Source: Paragordius varius
Taxonomy: Eukaryota > Animalia > Nematomorpha
Length of the DNA: 64,000 nt
NCBI GenBank assembly: GCA_964247055.1
Contig: OZ176050.1
Span: forward strand, 4,216,001 to 4,280,000
Reading direction: 5' to 3'
In this document: in pieces, positions 1 through 13,706 of the stretch
Layout: every line of letters starts with the position of its first letter
How positions within the stretch are numbered: the stretch's first letter is position 1
Notes under the pieces: generated by a model
Databases searched by the model: none
What the model was told of the DNA's origin: nothing
Seen by the model: only the letters and a program-made list of their open reading frames with translations
Made by a program: the position numbers and the translations under genes

Positions 1-64
1 AGTAGAAGGTAATATATTTTGAGTAATTTGATAATTATTTGCGTCAAATTTTAAAAAATTTTAC

Positions 65-2482
65 CTTCAAAAATGTGCCCAAATCTTTGACCGTAATATA
101 ATCTTTCCCTTGGCTCATCTCATTGAATTTCTGTGTGTAATCTTTTACTTCAGAATCTGAAAAATCAACCGCATGCTTTTTGTTTCGAATTTCTTCGTAG
201 GCCTTTAGGCCCATTTGATCATACAAAAATGTTTTGGCATCTTGTATTTCTTGCTGTAATTTTTAAGAAAAATATTAAAAATCCGGACCTAGCCTATTAA
301 TATATAATTATATTAATTATAATTATTTATTATGTCCGTAACAAGAAAAAAATAAAATGTTAATAAAACACTGTCAAAGTTCACATTTATTTTTCTTTTA
401 AATGACGTATAATATTTTTAGTTCATAATAAGGGACTATTTTTTTATGATCCGTATTAAATTTTTATAAAATTTATTTGGAACTACAAAAACTAACCTCA
501 ATTTTTTTCTTATCCCACCCCAATTCACCAGCCATGAGTTCGGCTATGAAGGGAAGAGCTTGTTCGCAAGCGCTTGCATTCAGGAAGGCGAAACGTGTCC
601 TTCGAGCAATAACATCAACCAGGGTACATGCATATTCTTTAACGGCATATTTTACCTGTTTTGAGGTATATACCCATAAGGAGAGAAAAAAATGAGACAT
701 ATTTATTTTAAGTTTTAAATTTTTCTCTACCTTAAAAAAGTATAAGGTGATTATAAGCAAAATTCACTAGCAAATACGATCAAAGTTTTATTATTGGTAC
801 AGTTAACTACTATTCTCTGTTAAGTTATTAGTATTTATATCATAAACCGATACTCAACATGAGGTAGATTTAAAATCTTATATAGTATAGATATTTATTC
901 AAAATGTAAGTTACGTAGTAACTAAAATTTACTCTGTATGACTGAAATTTAATATATCAACAATGAAAACAGTATTTATATACGGACCTCTGCTTCGATA
1001 TATGGGAATTCTTGATGCAATTTTTTCCCTAAAACAGGATAACGTTCGCCCGTTACACCGGCCATTCTTAGGACTGAATAGGATGCATCTCCATAGGTTG
1101 AAGCTAAGTGTCGAGCAACCTAAAAAAACATATTATTACAAACAATAAGTTTATATATCTAATTACCAATGATAAAAAGCGCAACAAAAACAGATCAAGT
1201 GTTAAATAATCATTTAATTAAAAAAAAGATTGTAAATAAATTCATATATATTAATCATATTTATAAATCTTATACTATGTTTAATTTCCAATGAAAAAAA
1301 GAACAGTTTAATTTAAAAATCAAGATTAACTATAACATAAAGGTAAAATCTATTTTGTTTTGCATTTAAAGGTAGGTAAATGTCGAAAATATAGTTTATA
1401 AAGATTTACGACAATGTAAAATGCCCTCTATACCCTATAATCAAAAAAATATAGTTTTAACGCAGCACATTTATGCAATGCCTTCCTTAAAAACAAAATC
1501 ATAAATCATTAGTCATATATAATTTAATATCCGAAAACTCTGAAATTCTAAAGTCAAATAATAACGTAAAAAAACAAAACTTGTGTTTGAATCCCAAAAT
1601 CTTGAACTAATTGAATAAAAAGATTGGGTGTATATTTGTGAGCACCGTCAAGCAAAAGTCCAACCGTACGACTTTTATCCGATGCAAAATCTCTGAATTC
1701 TGGAAAATTTTTAAGTATTGTATCCACCGTTTCTTCAGCCATTTTACGGTACGTTGTCCATTTGCCACCTTTTACACAAATTTTATTTAAAAAAAATTTT
1801 ATTAATCAATTTAATATACGTACTAATTTGAGAATATAGGGGGCAAAACATAAAAAGGAAACTTAAGTTTTATAAATACGTCATGAAAAAGTAAAAAATT
1901 ATAGTCCTATTTTAATTTTTTCTTATATATTTATCTAACTTTTGTCGTCACCCTAATAATAAATTGGTAAACGATCAATTATATAGATTTATAGAATTAT
2001 AATTATGATGTTTAGAATAGAGTGTGTTACATACATCTTTATTCCTTTCGAGACCCAAAACTAGGTTCATATAAAAAATTTGGTTTATTATATTAAAAAT
2101 AGTAATTTATTTACATTTCATTTATTTTTAGATCTATAAAGTTTATTCGTGAAAAATGTTATTTTACATATTTTAATTCAATATTCAGAAAAATAATCAA
2201 GTTATCATTCATTTACTTTATTGTCAAATTTTTAATTTTCCCTAAACATAATCAGCATAGTTATCCTATTTTTTATAAGGAAGAAATTATATCGTCTAAA
2301 AATAAGTTGTATATAAATACCAGCAATAGTTATGAGTTTAGATGGACTAACATGTATAATGTGATTTCGTGCAATATTTTCCGTATTTTGGGCATTAGGG
2401 TCACTTACTAAGGGTCGAATACCACTCCATGCAGACGTTACATCGCCTCGTCTAACTGCAAAGTTAAAAATTTTATATAAAA

Positions 2483-2528
<46 letters not shown>

Positions 2529-5500
2529 AAGTAAAAATAAATCGAAAATTAAAGCAACCAAAAGACAAATATTTTTTACAAATAGAAGCCATATTTTTTA
2601 AACTAAAATATTTGTTTAGTTACGTTTTGTCCTCATAATTTTAAATTTTACTATGTAGATCTCATTTGTTTGACACATCCATATTTTTTTTATTTTTATG
2701 TGCTGAAAAATTCCCTTTATTGGTAAAAATAATAATTCACGAAAATCATAAATTATTATTCATAATATTTAATACTGATTTAGTCTTTGATTAATAGCCA
2801 TTATATATAATTACAGTTTTTAATTAATGAACATATTTACAAGTAGGTTACGTCTTCAATTTCATATTTTACCATGATTATATAATGTATAAAGAAATAT
2901 GGATCAAAAAATATAATATCTCTAAATAACAATCTTTTATACAATATTTATTCCGTATATTTGTATGACATAAAAACTGAAACATTTTTATAATCTGTCG
3001 TAAATTATATGTATACCATACCTTGTAATTCCGGTGTTAAATAATTTCGCACTTCTTTGAGGATAAATTCGATTTCACTTTCTGTGGGTATAGGATTATG
3101 AGTTACCTTACATTTTGTATCCGTAGTGCCTAATATATTAAATATTGATTTATAAATATATATATATATATATATATATACTAAAAGAATTACATAAAAT
3201 GTTTTAAATTTATATAAAAGTTTAGGTAATGTACATTAATTATTCATTCCTTAAATTTCTAATTCAGTATTACCTTTGGGTCATTAATGTCCCATATGTT
3301 CAAATTATTTTAAAGGTTAAATTTGCTAGTTAGATTTGTAAAACACCAAAAAATCTTTTATTTTATAGCTTAGTAATGCGCATAAAAAGGCATAAAATGC
3401 GTATTTTCCGAATTTAACCCAATATCTTAAAAATTTATATTTAGATTGTTGTGGGGTAAAAAAATCTTAAAGGGTAACAAAATATTAACACTTAAATATT
3501 AACCTTTTTAAAACATATAAAGAACATATTTTTTAATAAAAAAAATCCCATATAATTTTAAAAAAATGAATAAAGCATACCCGCAATAGTCATGTTTTCC
3601 CATGGCAAGAAAAATATGACACGGCCATCGCTTGTCGATGGATCCAATAAACCCATACTTTCAGGACTAAAATTAAAAACAGAATAAGAGTAAAGTATAT
3701 TAACAAATTATTTTTTAGATAATTTACCAAAGATTAAGTCTATATGAAAATTAATTGATTTTTTTTAAAACTTATAATTTTTTACAGAATTGGTATATTA
3801 AAAAATTTAAAATATGCCCCAAATTAAAATGACTAATGTTAAACAACCAATATTTTAATAAAAATATACTATAATAGCATAAAAGAGCAAAAATATTTAT
3901 AGCAATTATACTAAACCAAACCTATAATAATCAGGTAGTACGACATGGACCCCTGAAGAGGGGACACAAATTTCCCGAACTGCACCATCATCCATTTGCC
4001 TGATGGAATCGGTGAAAGGGCCAGTAGCATTCACAACGCATTTGGCTGATATCGTGAATTCTTCGCCTGAAATGTGCAAAATATAAAATTCCAAATGGCT
4101 ATTGGTATAACCTTTAAATATTACTGTATATTGAGTTTTATAGGATTTCTGGTTGCGAATAAAAACTCTAAATATTAAAGATATTTGTGCACAGGATGAT
4201 AACTATTAACTAATTTATAATTTTATTTTTACAACATTTATCCTTATTTTCACAATTAATCACTTTAACTTTGTATAATTTCCGTTACCCGTTAAATTAT
4301 CTTTGACCAAGGCCCCAGTTATAACTGATTTATGTTGATTATCTATTATGGCGGCATCAACCTTTCCTTCTTTTGATCCTTTTAGCGATATGTCATCAGT
4401 TAAGTTTGATGTGATTGCTTTTTTTGTTAGCCCATTAACTGTTACATGATTAGCGACGGTGGCGCCATAACGGACAGCTGTTAGCGCGATTGCAAGATTC
4501 ATACGGGCATCATTGTGTTGACCTTTAATTAAAATTTTATTAATACATTTATACAGCAAAATTATTGCAATGTTGGATGTAAACAGCAAACATATATAAG
4601 ATGGCAGAAAATCTTATTTACGCGTTTATTGTCATATATAACAATTTTCCATCTTAAAATGCGTAATTTATTACAGTTTTAGTTATGCTTATACATTGCT
4701 ACTTGATTAGATGTTGCCTTGGCCAGCAATATCATTTCTATTTGCTGCATATGCTATCTGGCAATAATTAATGAAAAGTTAGCAATATATATTTTTAACA
4801 TTGCAAATATGGGAAATTGATATATGAAAACCCAAAGTAGTCGAAGAGTGGTGTCATGATAATAAGTACAAAAGTTCAAAACTAAACATCAATTTCTATG
4901 AAAAGAGATGTTGAACAATGACATATATTATATAAAAAAGTTACATAATATTTAAATTTTTATTAGAAATATTTTAAACAACATTATTCTAGTTTAAAAC
5001 CTTAATAGAGGTAAAAAGAGCGATTATAATAACGTTACATTTGAGTCATGAACCTATCCCCTTTAATTATTTATTTGATTTATATATTTAATCCAGAGTG
5101 ATAAATTTTTAACCGATAAAAAACAACAACTGGTTGAGATGGAATTCACGGTCATAGCCACATTTGACGCAAAAATATGTGGCAATTAAATCCACCAATG
5201 TGCTTTTAGCAGTATATCACTAATTTAAATGAATGGCGATCAAATAAAAATTTAATATTGTTTACAAAACTTATTTCATGAATATAAAATTATATTCTTT
5301 CTATTTTAGTTTTATCCAAGATAAACGTATGAGTAATAATTAGCGGATTTATTAACGATCATATAACTTTAATTGTATAAGGTTTAATATCTGCCTCATA
5401 ATCTTTTTAGGAAAAATCGTTAAATTTATTTAAAATGATTAAATAAAATAATTAAATTTTTTATTGGCAACTTATTAGTAATTATGATTAAAAGTGTGCT

Positions 5501-7229
5501 AATATATAGGAAAGTTCAACTAAGATAAAAAATTTCTACATACCATCATAGTATACGATGGCAGCTTTAAGTTCATCCTTTTTAAGCATAGGAAATAAAG
5601 CTAGGGCTCTTCGCTTCCCCATTAAGTAAGATGGGTCTAAACATTCCTTACCAGCAACCCAATCATACATTTTAATTCCGGCATAAAAGTAGGGTACCTG
5701 CCACCATCTAATAAAAATTTTAATTTTTTGGTAAATATGAAACATACATGTATAAAGTTAAAAAAAAACATGTATAAAAAAACTAATGATTCCTTATAAA
5801 TACGGTTTTTAAAATGAATCGCCTAAACTTAACATGTAATAAAATATACTAAATTTTTATTTAAATATATTGCCGCCAATGGCAATGCAATAGAACCAAA
5901 ACCGTCATTTTTAAAATCGTTTTTGAAATCCTGTTTGATAACAAAATAACTATCGGTTATTTATTTTTATTTTTTGTACCTTTGATATTATTGTTTTCTC
6001 TTATATTTATATTGTAAAAGTATATTTAAACACAAACAGTTTTGCGATTTTATTTTATTTTTCTGGTTTTTAGCATATATGTAAATTCTAATATAAGCGA
6101 AATTTAAACAATTTGCCTAAATAATGATGAATGGAATGAATCTTATGAAAAAATAAATTGTTAATAAAATACTATTTTTGTCTGAATTGTGTTTTAAAAA
6201 GTGCGTGGAACTGGATTTGAATAAAAACAATTTGAATTATAATACCCAATTAATTTAAAATAAAAAAATAATCATTTCAATATTTAATGTAAATTTTGTT
6301 AAAATTACTTATAAACAGGTAACATGATTGGAAGTGGATTCGATAAATGCGGTGCTATTTTCAGGAGATTCGCTCGTTCACTCAAAGCTTCTTTTACCAT
6401 TTTGTACTAAAAATCACCAACACAATATGTGACATGTGAAGATTGCCGTAAAATAATGTGTAATAAAATAACTAGTAAACAAATTTAATAAATTGATTAA
6501 TATAAAAAATAACCAAATTTTTAAAATAAAAATTTTATATTCTTTAAGGGCTATCTTTACATCATTAAAATGCGAAAACGCATGTTTGTACCAAAATAAT
6601 ATATTTTCAAAAATAATAATTTTTGAAAAAAACTTGTTCCAAATCTAATTGCATAACAGCTTTTTGAAGGTAACGCACGCCCCCATGTATGAGTTTAGTA
6701 CTTCGGCTAGAGGTACCCGAAGAAAAATCATCGTATTCGACGAGGGCGGTTTTAAGTCCTATCATCATTACGCATTATTTGAATTCAAAATAAAAATTCA
6801 AAGAGTTTATAAGCATTTAACAATAATTTTTTTATGAAAAATAAGAAAAAGAATTAAATTTTATTCTTGGCTTTTCGCTAAATTAATTATACAATAACTA
6901 ATATAGTTTTTCTAATTAAAGAGTAAAGTAACATAAATTATCCTACTAAAAGACTCTCGTCTGATATTTATCCAGCTTATAAACAAATCTTCACAGGAAG
7001 ACCCACCAAATCAATAAAGTATGTTTATTTTTTAAAACAGATTATAAAAATTACCTCTGGTTACAGCATCTAATGCCACTCCAGATCCAGTTGCACCCCC
7101 ACCAATTACGAGAACGTCAAATTTTTCGGTTTTAAGCGAATTGATCTGGTGCTGTCGTGAAGGATATTTTCTTGGAGGAATAGTAAAACTTTCGGACGAG
7201 ACGTCGCATGATGTTTGAGACAAAATTTT
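65..7229 (-). CDS. GPD2: Mitochondrial FAD-dependent glycerol-3-phosphate dehydrogenase, multi-exon; 3' end beyond window start, 5' end uncertain
   Basis: In-frame GT-AG exons 7055-7229, 6634-6758, 6309-6406, 5544-5707, 4289-4522, 3922-4066, 3581-3666, 3022-3129, 2321-2455, 1581-1768, 988-1119, 497-655, 65-253. Motifs [92 protein letters not shown] match animal GPD2. Confidence 0.96.
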
Positions 7230-7899
7230 CTAAAAAATTAAACTTTTTTATACTTTTTTGTCTAGCGCGTAATAAATAATGGATGACCCACATGTACCAA
7301 TAATAATATATTTTGAGAGTCGAAAAATGTTTGAAGCAAGCTTCATCCCGTAAAGTTTATTGCAACCATATGTAGGGTTAAAGCATACATATTTTCATGT
7401 GACTAATAACCACAATGTAATTGCGTTGTTTTAAGAAAAATTGTTAGGTTTTTTACATAAATACCAAATAAATTCTTTGATATTTATGTTTTGGAGTTTA
7501 AAAGTATATATAAAGATTTTAATTGCCGAAGATAATAATTGTTACGATTTCTGAAAACGTATAAATAAATTAAAATTTTTTGATAACAAAAGCGAAAAAT
7601 CTTAGCAATCAACTCAACAGATGCTAAGAGTAACAAAATTCTAATGAAATGCATATACATATATATATATATATATAATGAGGGATTTGAGAAAGTAAGT
7701 AGTGATAATATCGAAAAGTCGTATTAGAGTACATTACAAAATGAAAACAAGCATCGTTATTAAATACAGTTATTCTTATAGGAAAGGCAACATCATTCTA
7801 ATGGTGCTTTATAACGCTTACGAGCCCCATTAAGGAAGTATTTCCACTTTGGTAGTTTCTTTTTATAAAGAATAAGTGACTCAGTACAAAACTTAATAC

Positions 7900-7964
7900 T
7901 TTTTTCCAGAATCCGGTGGCAACAGTAGCAGATATACCAGGTGTATTTATAAGTTCAGGTTTAG
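7900..7964 (-). CDS. Candidate upstream exon of GPD2 (KPELINTPGISATVATGFWKK)
   Basis: CTTCTCAG acceptor and GTATTAAG donor on the minus strand; ends in phase 0, matching the phase-0 start of exon 7055-7229. No in-frame ATG in the exon, so the true start is unresolved. Confidence 0.4.
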
Positions 7965-8249
7965 CTGAGAAGAGTGGACGGTAGCAATATATTTGCAAAA
8001 GATAAATTTGATACAGACCCCATTTTGTTCATTCATTGAACCAGCGATACTCAAACCGCGGTCTTAAAAATCTTTTTTCATGGCCTAAAATATTTACTAT
8101 TTTTTGATGCACCTAGTTCAATGATTATCTGCTGAGTATCCCTGAATATTTTATCGGTATTATGGCCCTTGAGACGAGAAAATTTTTGGCGATCTAAACG
8201 TTTTTTGGTGAGACTGCATTAAATAAACTTGGCACTTTTAAAAACTAGT

Positions 8250-11200
8250 GTCTTACATTTATTATTCCTTAAAATTATTTTCTTGAGAAAACACTGGGAT
8301 ACGCATTGCCATCTGAAGAAAAAGAATGTTGAAAGCTATTATTTGTTAGTACATATGGTAAACATGCTCCATCGATTTACAACTGTAAAACATGGTTTAA
8401 AATATTAAAAGTTAGGAAATCAACGGCAATCAGAACACAAAAATAAACTTGGTAATTAAGTTCCACACAATTATGAACTTCAAATCGGAAATCGCAAAGT
8501 AACTAGTAAAATTCTGCTTCAACGCCACGATAAGAAATCATTTTTGCATCGAATTAGGATGGGTAATAAGAAATGGTTTTTTATAATCTAAAGCGGAAAG
8601 ATTGTGATATTTATCTTGCTTAGTACTTCCACCCATACTAAAGCCGAATCACGACTGCATTACAGATATAAATTTTTTGTTGCCCTGTATGTTATACAAC
8701 CTATCGCTAACAAATGCCTAATTAAAACAAACATTAATCGAAAAACAAAGGAATGAGCCAGAAAGCACCGCAGTGATTTAGTTAGGTGACAATGTTAAGT
8801 CTCAGGCAGCAAAACCTGTGAAACCATAAACTCACTTTGTTAGGAAATTTTTTGGCATCCGATGAACTCTCCCTGGCGCCATTTGAACCAACTTTCACTC
8901 AATGGAGCACACCCTCGCAGAGCTAAATTTCATTAATTTCAAAGACTTTTAATGGCTTGACGAACGGTTTTCTGCATTAAATCAATTTTCTAGAATCACA
9001 TTCCTATACTATTTGAGAGGTGAGCAAAATGTGCAGAAGCTGACGGACATGTTTTGACAAAAATAAATAATTGATTTCCCCTCAAAATTACATTTTTTTT
9101 CACTAAAAAGAGTTAAAGAACTTATGAATAAGAATTTTCCCATCTGAACCGCTTATTTTAGGACAGTGACCTTGATGATAATTTACGTATAAATTGCACC
9201 TTTGTTACTTGTTTTCACAGAAGCCAGCAAATATTTCGTTGAAGGCAATAACATCTTGTCAACAGCGTGCAATTTCTGTCTTTTTTACCACATCATCTGA
9301 CGTACCGCCAATTCAAATTTAAAAGGATAGTCGGAAGAACTAGCAAAGTCTATGCAATCTTGTAATTGGATAACATATTTTGATTGTTGCAAAAATTATT
9401 TGTTTGTTGAAATATGGTTGATTGTTGGAAATACTAATATATTATTCGACATCTTTTAATGTTGCAATTAATTGATTGTTGGCAACACCAAAATGTTACT
9501 AGGTAACATTGACTGTTGGAAACACTGAATTATTGGTAATATACTTCGATTGTTGCAAAAATTATATTGTTAATAATACCAAAATGTTATTGGGTAACAT
9601 ATTTAGATTGTTTTTTAATACAATATGTTTTTTAGAAACATTGAAATGCTATTAAGTCATATATTTTAATTGTTATGGAGAAATTATTTTATGAACATAA
9701 TATATGGTTGGTTGTTGGAAATATTGAACTATGTTACCCAATTTCTTTTGTATTCGGCAATCAACCATATCTTTTTGCGGTGACTCGAGCAAATAAACAA
9801 TAAAATAAGTTAAATCACAAAAACTTACTATATAATTGCGGTGTTTATGTCTTTTTGCTATAATATTTGCATGTGTGTTTTGTAATATAAAATTGATACT
9901 ATATCAAATAAAGATTTGTCCATTAAAAATGTATTCAATCTAACTAAATTTATCTATCCTAAGGTTTCATAAATGTATTCAAGTCTAAAACTTCAAAAAA
10001 ATTTAAACAAAATATGTTACCATTGTGTAGCATAATTTGATTGGTGCAAAAATAACTTGATTGTCAGAATACATTCCAAATTTTTCATATTTTTATTTAT
10101 TTTACTTCAATTACTATGACTTTTGTTTAAAATGCACAAGAAAGATTAGCATCCTCTCAAGCTCCACTCACTCTTAGTATGACAAAATTATAATTATGGG
10201 ATATATATTTTTTTATCAACATCTTCAACAGATTGATAAGCTAAACCAACTAAATTTCCATGATCGATCCCACTAGCGACAGCCTTAATCATGCCAGTTG
10301 ATTTGACCATAATTTAAATGATATCTTTGATTGACTTTATATTTTTCAGATGGTTCGAAAATGGTACTACACTGTGGGGCTCCTTGATATGTACAGGAAT
10401 GCAAATGATTGAAAATAACTTCTTATATAGTTTCCACTTCCTGCATTTCATCAAAATAACTTTATATTTCAGCTAAACCAATTTCGCTGTTGAGTATTTG
10501 TGCGACAAAATATCCATTTCTTTGATTACTTTAATCAATCATTTACAATATTTGTTCTCGCGAAATATAAGCATTCAAACTGGCCCCCTAATGATAATTT
10601 TGATTTAAAAATCTGCCTTAAACTCCATATGTTCCAAGCAATGGACAGTGCCGTTACTTTCAGTTTGATAACGAATACCAGCATTAACTTATACATCAAG
10701 AGTGCAAGAAAGGCCAGAATCTTCAGAAGTTGGCATGCCACTTTTTAGCGTATTGTCGTGTTTCTATTGTATTGTTTGCATGTTTGATCAGTTGTTACTA
10801 AGGATCTTATAAACAAAATATAGTTAACACTTAAAAGTTGATCATTATATTTTAAGTTGCAGTTGCTTATTTTAAATTCCAATTTTGTTTCACTCAATTT
10901 AATGGGTTGTGGAAGGGTGATTCGGACATAAAGAAAAAATTACTAGAAATTCTTCAGACTTAGGCAGACATTTCATTCCTCGGTCTAGGAATTTCCAGCT
11001 ATTGAACCGGAGTTCCAGAGGTATAATGGATTTCAATTCGGCAATAAGCTGAAGGTTGTCAAGTTGTGTGGCAGAACGTAAAGACCAAAGGTTGGCGCAA
11101 AGGTGTGCTTGTTCGACAGACGTCGCCCCACATCTGGATTTTGATCGACTCAATCTCTGCTGATCAACCTCGGCTGTGTGCTAATGTGTTATAGGGAGGA
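8250..11200 (-). mobile_element. Heavily degenerate DNA-transposon (probably hAT) remnants
   Basis: GC-richer patches with broken frames giving hAT-like peptides such as IIPLELRFNSW (about 10990-11040) and VVNRWSMFT (about 8350-8385), resembling the hAT TRWNS motif; many stops, no ends identified. Confidence 0.3.
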
Positions 11201-11691
11201 AAATGTTAGATTTTTTTATATTTTAAATTATCGTATTTTAAAAATAAAATGTACATTTTAATTTTATTATCATATTTCATTTATAGGTTGGACTAAATTT
11301 ATATTTTTTATTATTTAACAGTTTCCTTAACTGATTGTGAGAAGTACTTAATGAAACTTTCAAAAGATACATCTGATTTTATATGGTTGTTCCCTTGTTT
11401 CGCAGTCTTAGGTATGGCCCATTGCAGATACTTGTTTAAGTTAAGTATTTATATCATCAATATTACCGCATTAGGATGCTCGATTACATTCTCTTTACGG
11501 TAAAAGCATAATTTCGAATCTCTTTGTTTTTTAATTTTTGCAGCGCAGGGCTTTAGCTCATCTTTATTGAGGTTCACAATTTTTCTGGTAGTCACTTATG
11601 GCTATATTTAAAAAAAAATTTTGAGAAATTTTATCCTTTTAAGTTTAAATCAGGAAACATGACATAGCCACAAATATTTCTGCCTTTTAAG

Positions 11692-13255
11692 TAATGTGAC
11701 CAGATAGGCTGTTTTTCGCAGTACAGTACTGGATTTTCAGAAAAAAACTGCGACTGTACTGCGCCCACTTTTGTACTGCTTTTTGAAAGTAAAAAAAATT
11801 AATTTTTTATAAATATATATAATTACCTTTTATTTATTTAAAAAAATGGTTTAGAATATGATATAGTATCCACTGTAAAAAATAGGCTTATAAATTGTAA
11901 AAAAAGGGTTCATTTTTCGGTAAAAAACTAAGATGGGCCTATTTTTAATCGGTTGATATTTAATTTCTGCTCAAATTATACATAAAATTGAATTTTGAAT
12001 CTGTCAAACTGCTTATGATCAGCCTTTCGCGCAGTGGCGAAATTATAAATAACAGGATCCACCGTAAGATTTGGGCTAATGGCTCTTTCATCCAGGGCTT
12101 CCGCAAAAAGAGGTGCCTCAATATTTAAAATTAACAAAATAAATTTATGATATTTTAATAAATGTTTTATTAAGTTTAGAAACTTCATTTTTTATTTTAT
12201 TATCAAACAGAAAATTGTATAGAAATTGTTATTCCCGTAACATATTATTTAAGATTTATTTAATATGGCATATGATTTCGAAATAACCCTTTTTTCGTAT
12301 TAAAAAAATAAGTTTTTTACGTTTTCTACACTCATTAGGTGAAAGGTATGATATTTCTTAATTCTTTTTGTAAACTTTAATTTTTATTAGTTTTCTTATT
12401 TTTTTGCATAACAAATTTGAGATTTTTTGTTTAAGAGTAGAGACTATTTTTAAACGGAAACGGTATCAGGCTTTAAGATAGAATAAAACCCTTTTTCTAA
12501 ATTCGATGATTGTGGACTTTACTCTAGGTTTAGAATTTTAATTTAAAGTTTGTTTGGCAGCAAATTTCGGTGAATTTTTTTATAAAAACTCAATTTTTAT
12601 TTAACATAAATTTGAAAACAAACGAATATTTTAATCAAAATTCTAATAGAAAGTATCGAATTATAAATATATAATGTTTTTCCATATTGTAAAAATAATA
12701 TGAAGTATGCTTCAACAAAATTTTGCTAAAAATTAGATTTTGAAAGTAGAGATTTTTTAAAAAATATATTTAGTTGATATCAAAATTTAGCACATATTTA
12801 AAATTATTGCGCAATGTCGGAATTTTGCGTTTATTTTAAGAGAAGAGTCCATTTTAAAAGAGCCAAAAAATATGGGATTTTTTGAGCCACATCTAAATAT
12901 TTAAAATTTTTAAAAATATTGTTTTGCTTTTCATATGTAGTTTATGTTATAAGTGATATTTTTTGAAACAAAGCATTTAGCCTTCACCAAAAAAATATTT
13001 GATAAAATTGCGCACTTTTTGCAATTACGGAGCACTCACCACAAAAGTATATAACTCCTTTAATAATCGTAAAGGTTATAACCAAAAGCACCATGATAAT
13101 CCTGTTTTCCTATCAGAATATATATATATATATATATAATAATTCATCAGGATATTTGTTTGTGGAAACTGTGTGATATACCACACCGATGATGTAAAAA
13201 CAGGCAAAGTTTTAATTTTGTACTGCGTCCAAGTTCAAAATATCTGGTCACATTA
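11692..13255. mobile_element. Non-autonomous TIR DNA transposon, 1564 bp, 15-bp TIRs, 9-bp target-site duplication
   Basis: Perfect TIR TAATGTGACCAGATA at 11692-11706 and its complement at 13241-13255; subterminal CGCAGTACA at both ends; CCTTTTAAG on both sides (11683-11691, 13256-13264). Confidence 0.85.
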
Positions 13256-13316
13256 CCTTTTAAGTATAAGGATGAGAATACGTTTGAGATTTAAGGATTC
13301 CATACGTGAATGACAA

Positions 13317-13418
13317 TATAAGAATTAATTTGGCAAACGTATGAATATATTATTAACAAATAAAAAATTTATTAATAAAACTTACATTTCGATCACGTTT
13401 GCCAAATTAATTCTTATA
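13317..13418. repeat. Inverted repeat / hairpin, perfect 24-bp arms
   Basis: TATAAGAATTAATTTGGCAAACGT (13317-13340) is the exact reverse complement of 13395-13418; the 54-nt loop is itself partly self-complementary. Confidence 0.9.
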
Positions 13419-13582
13419 CGTTTGAGATGTTTTGTGAGAGTTCATTTGTAATGTGAAAAAAAGAATAAATGACAGATAATTGGAATAAAATAGAGAAGAG
13501 TTATGTATTTCTAGTGTTTATTTAAAAAGGTATCTTGCACATGAAAAAAATAAATCTTTCTTTGGATTTAAAAAATAAAAAA

Positions 13583-13654
13583 CTCCCCGGCCGGGAATTG
13601 AACCCGGGTCTCCCGCGTGACAGGCGGGGATACTTACCACTATACTACCGAGGA
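13583..13654 (-). tRNA. tRNA-Asp (anticodon GTC)
   Basis: Minus strand TCCTCGGTAGTATAGTGGTAAGTATCCCCGCCTGTCACGCGGGAGACCCGGGTTCAATTCCCGGCCGGGGAG: 72-nt cloverleaf, CTGTCAC anticodon loop, GGTTCAATTCC T-arm, oligo-T terminator immediately downstream. Confidence 0.98.
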
Positions 13655-13706
13655 CTTGAATGTTGATCCCATATGATGTAAATATAAATTTTCACGTTTT
13701 GTTTGC

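Noticed and set aside
477-1148. Short plus-strand ORFs opposite GPD2 exons (and similar antisense ORFs opposite THOC3, HEXIM, VPS35, CNDP2 and the gypsy arms)
   Set aside because: They are shadows of GC-richer coding exons on the other strand, with no independent coding evidence.
12019-12040. AGCCTTTCGCGCAGTGGC resembles the 5' end of U4 snRNA
   Set aside because: Similarity stops after ~18 nt; no 5' stem-loop, Sm site or 3' stems; it lies inside a TIR transposon.
11976-12188. 70-aa minus-strand ORF (EAPLFAEALDERAISP...) as a host exon
   Set aside because: No recognisable family, no partner exons, and it is internal to the 11692-13255 element; probably a captured or transposase-derived fragment.
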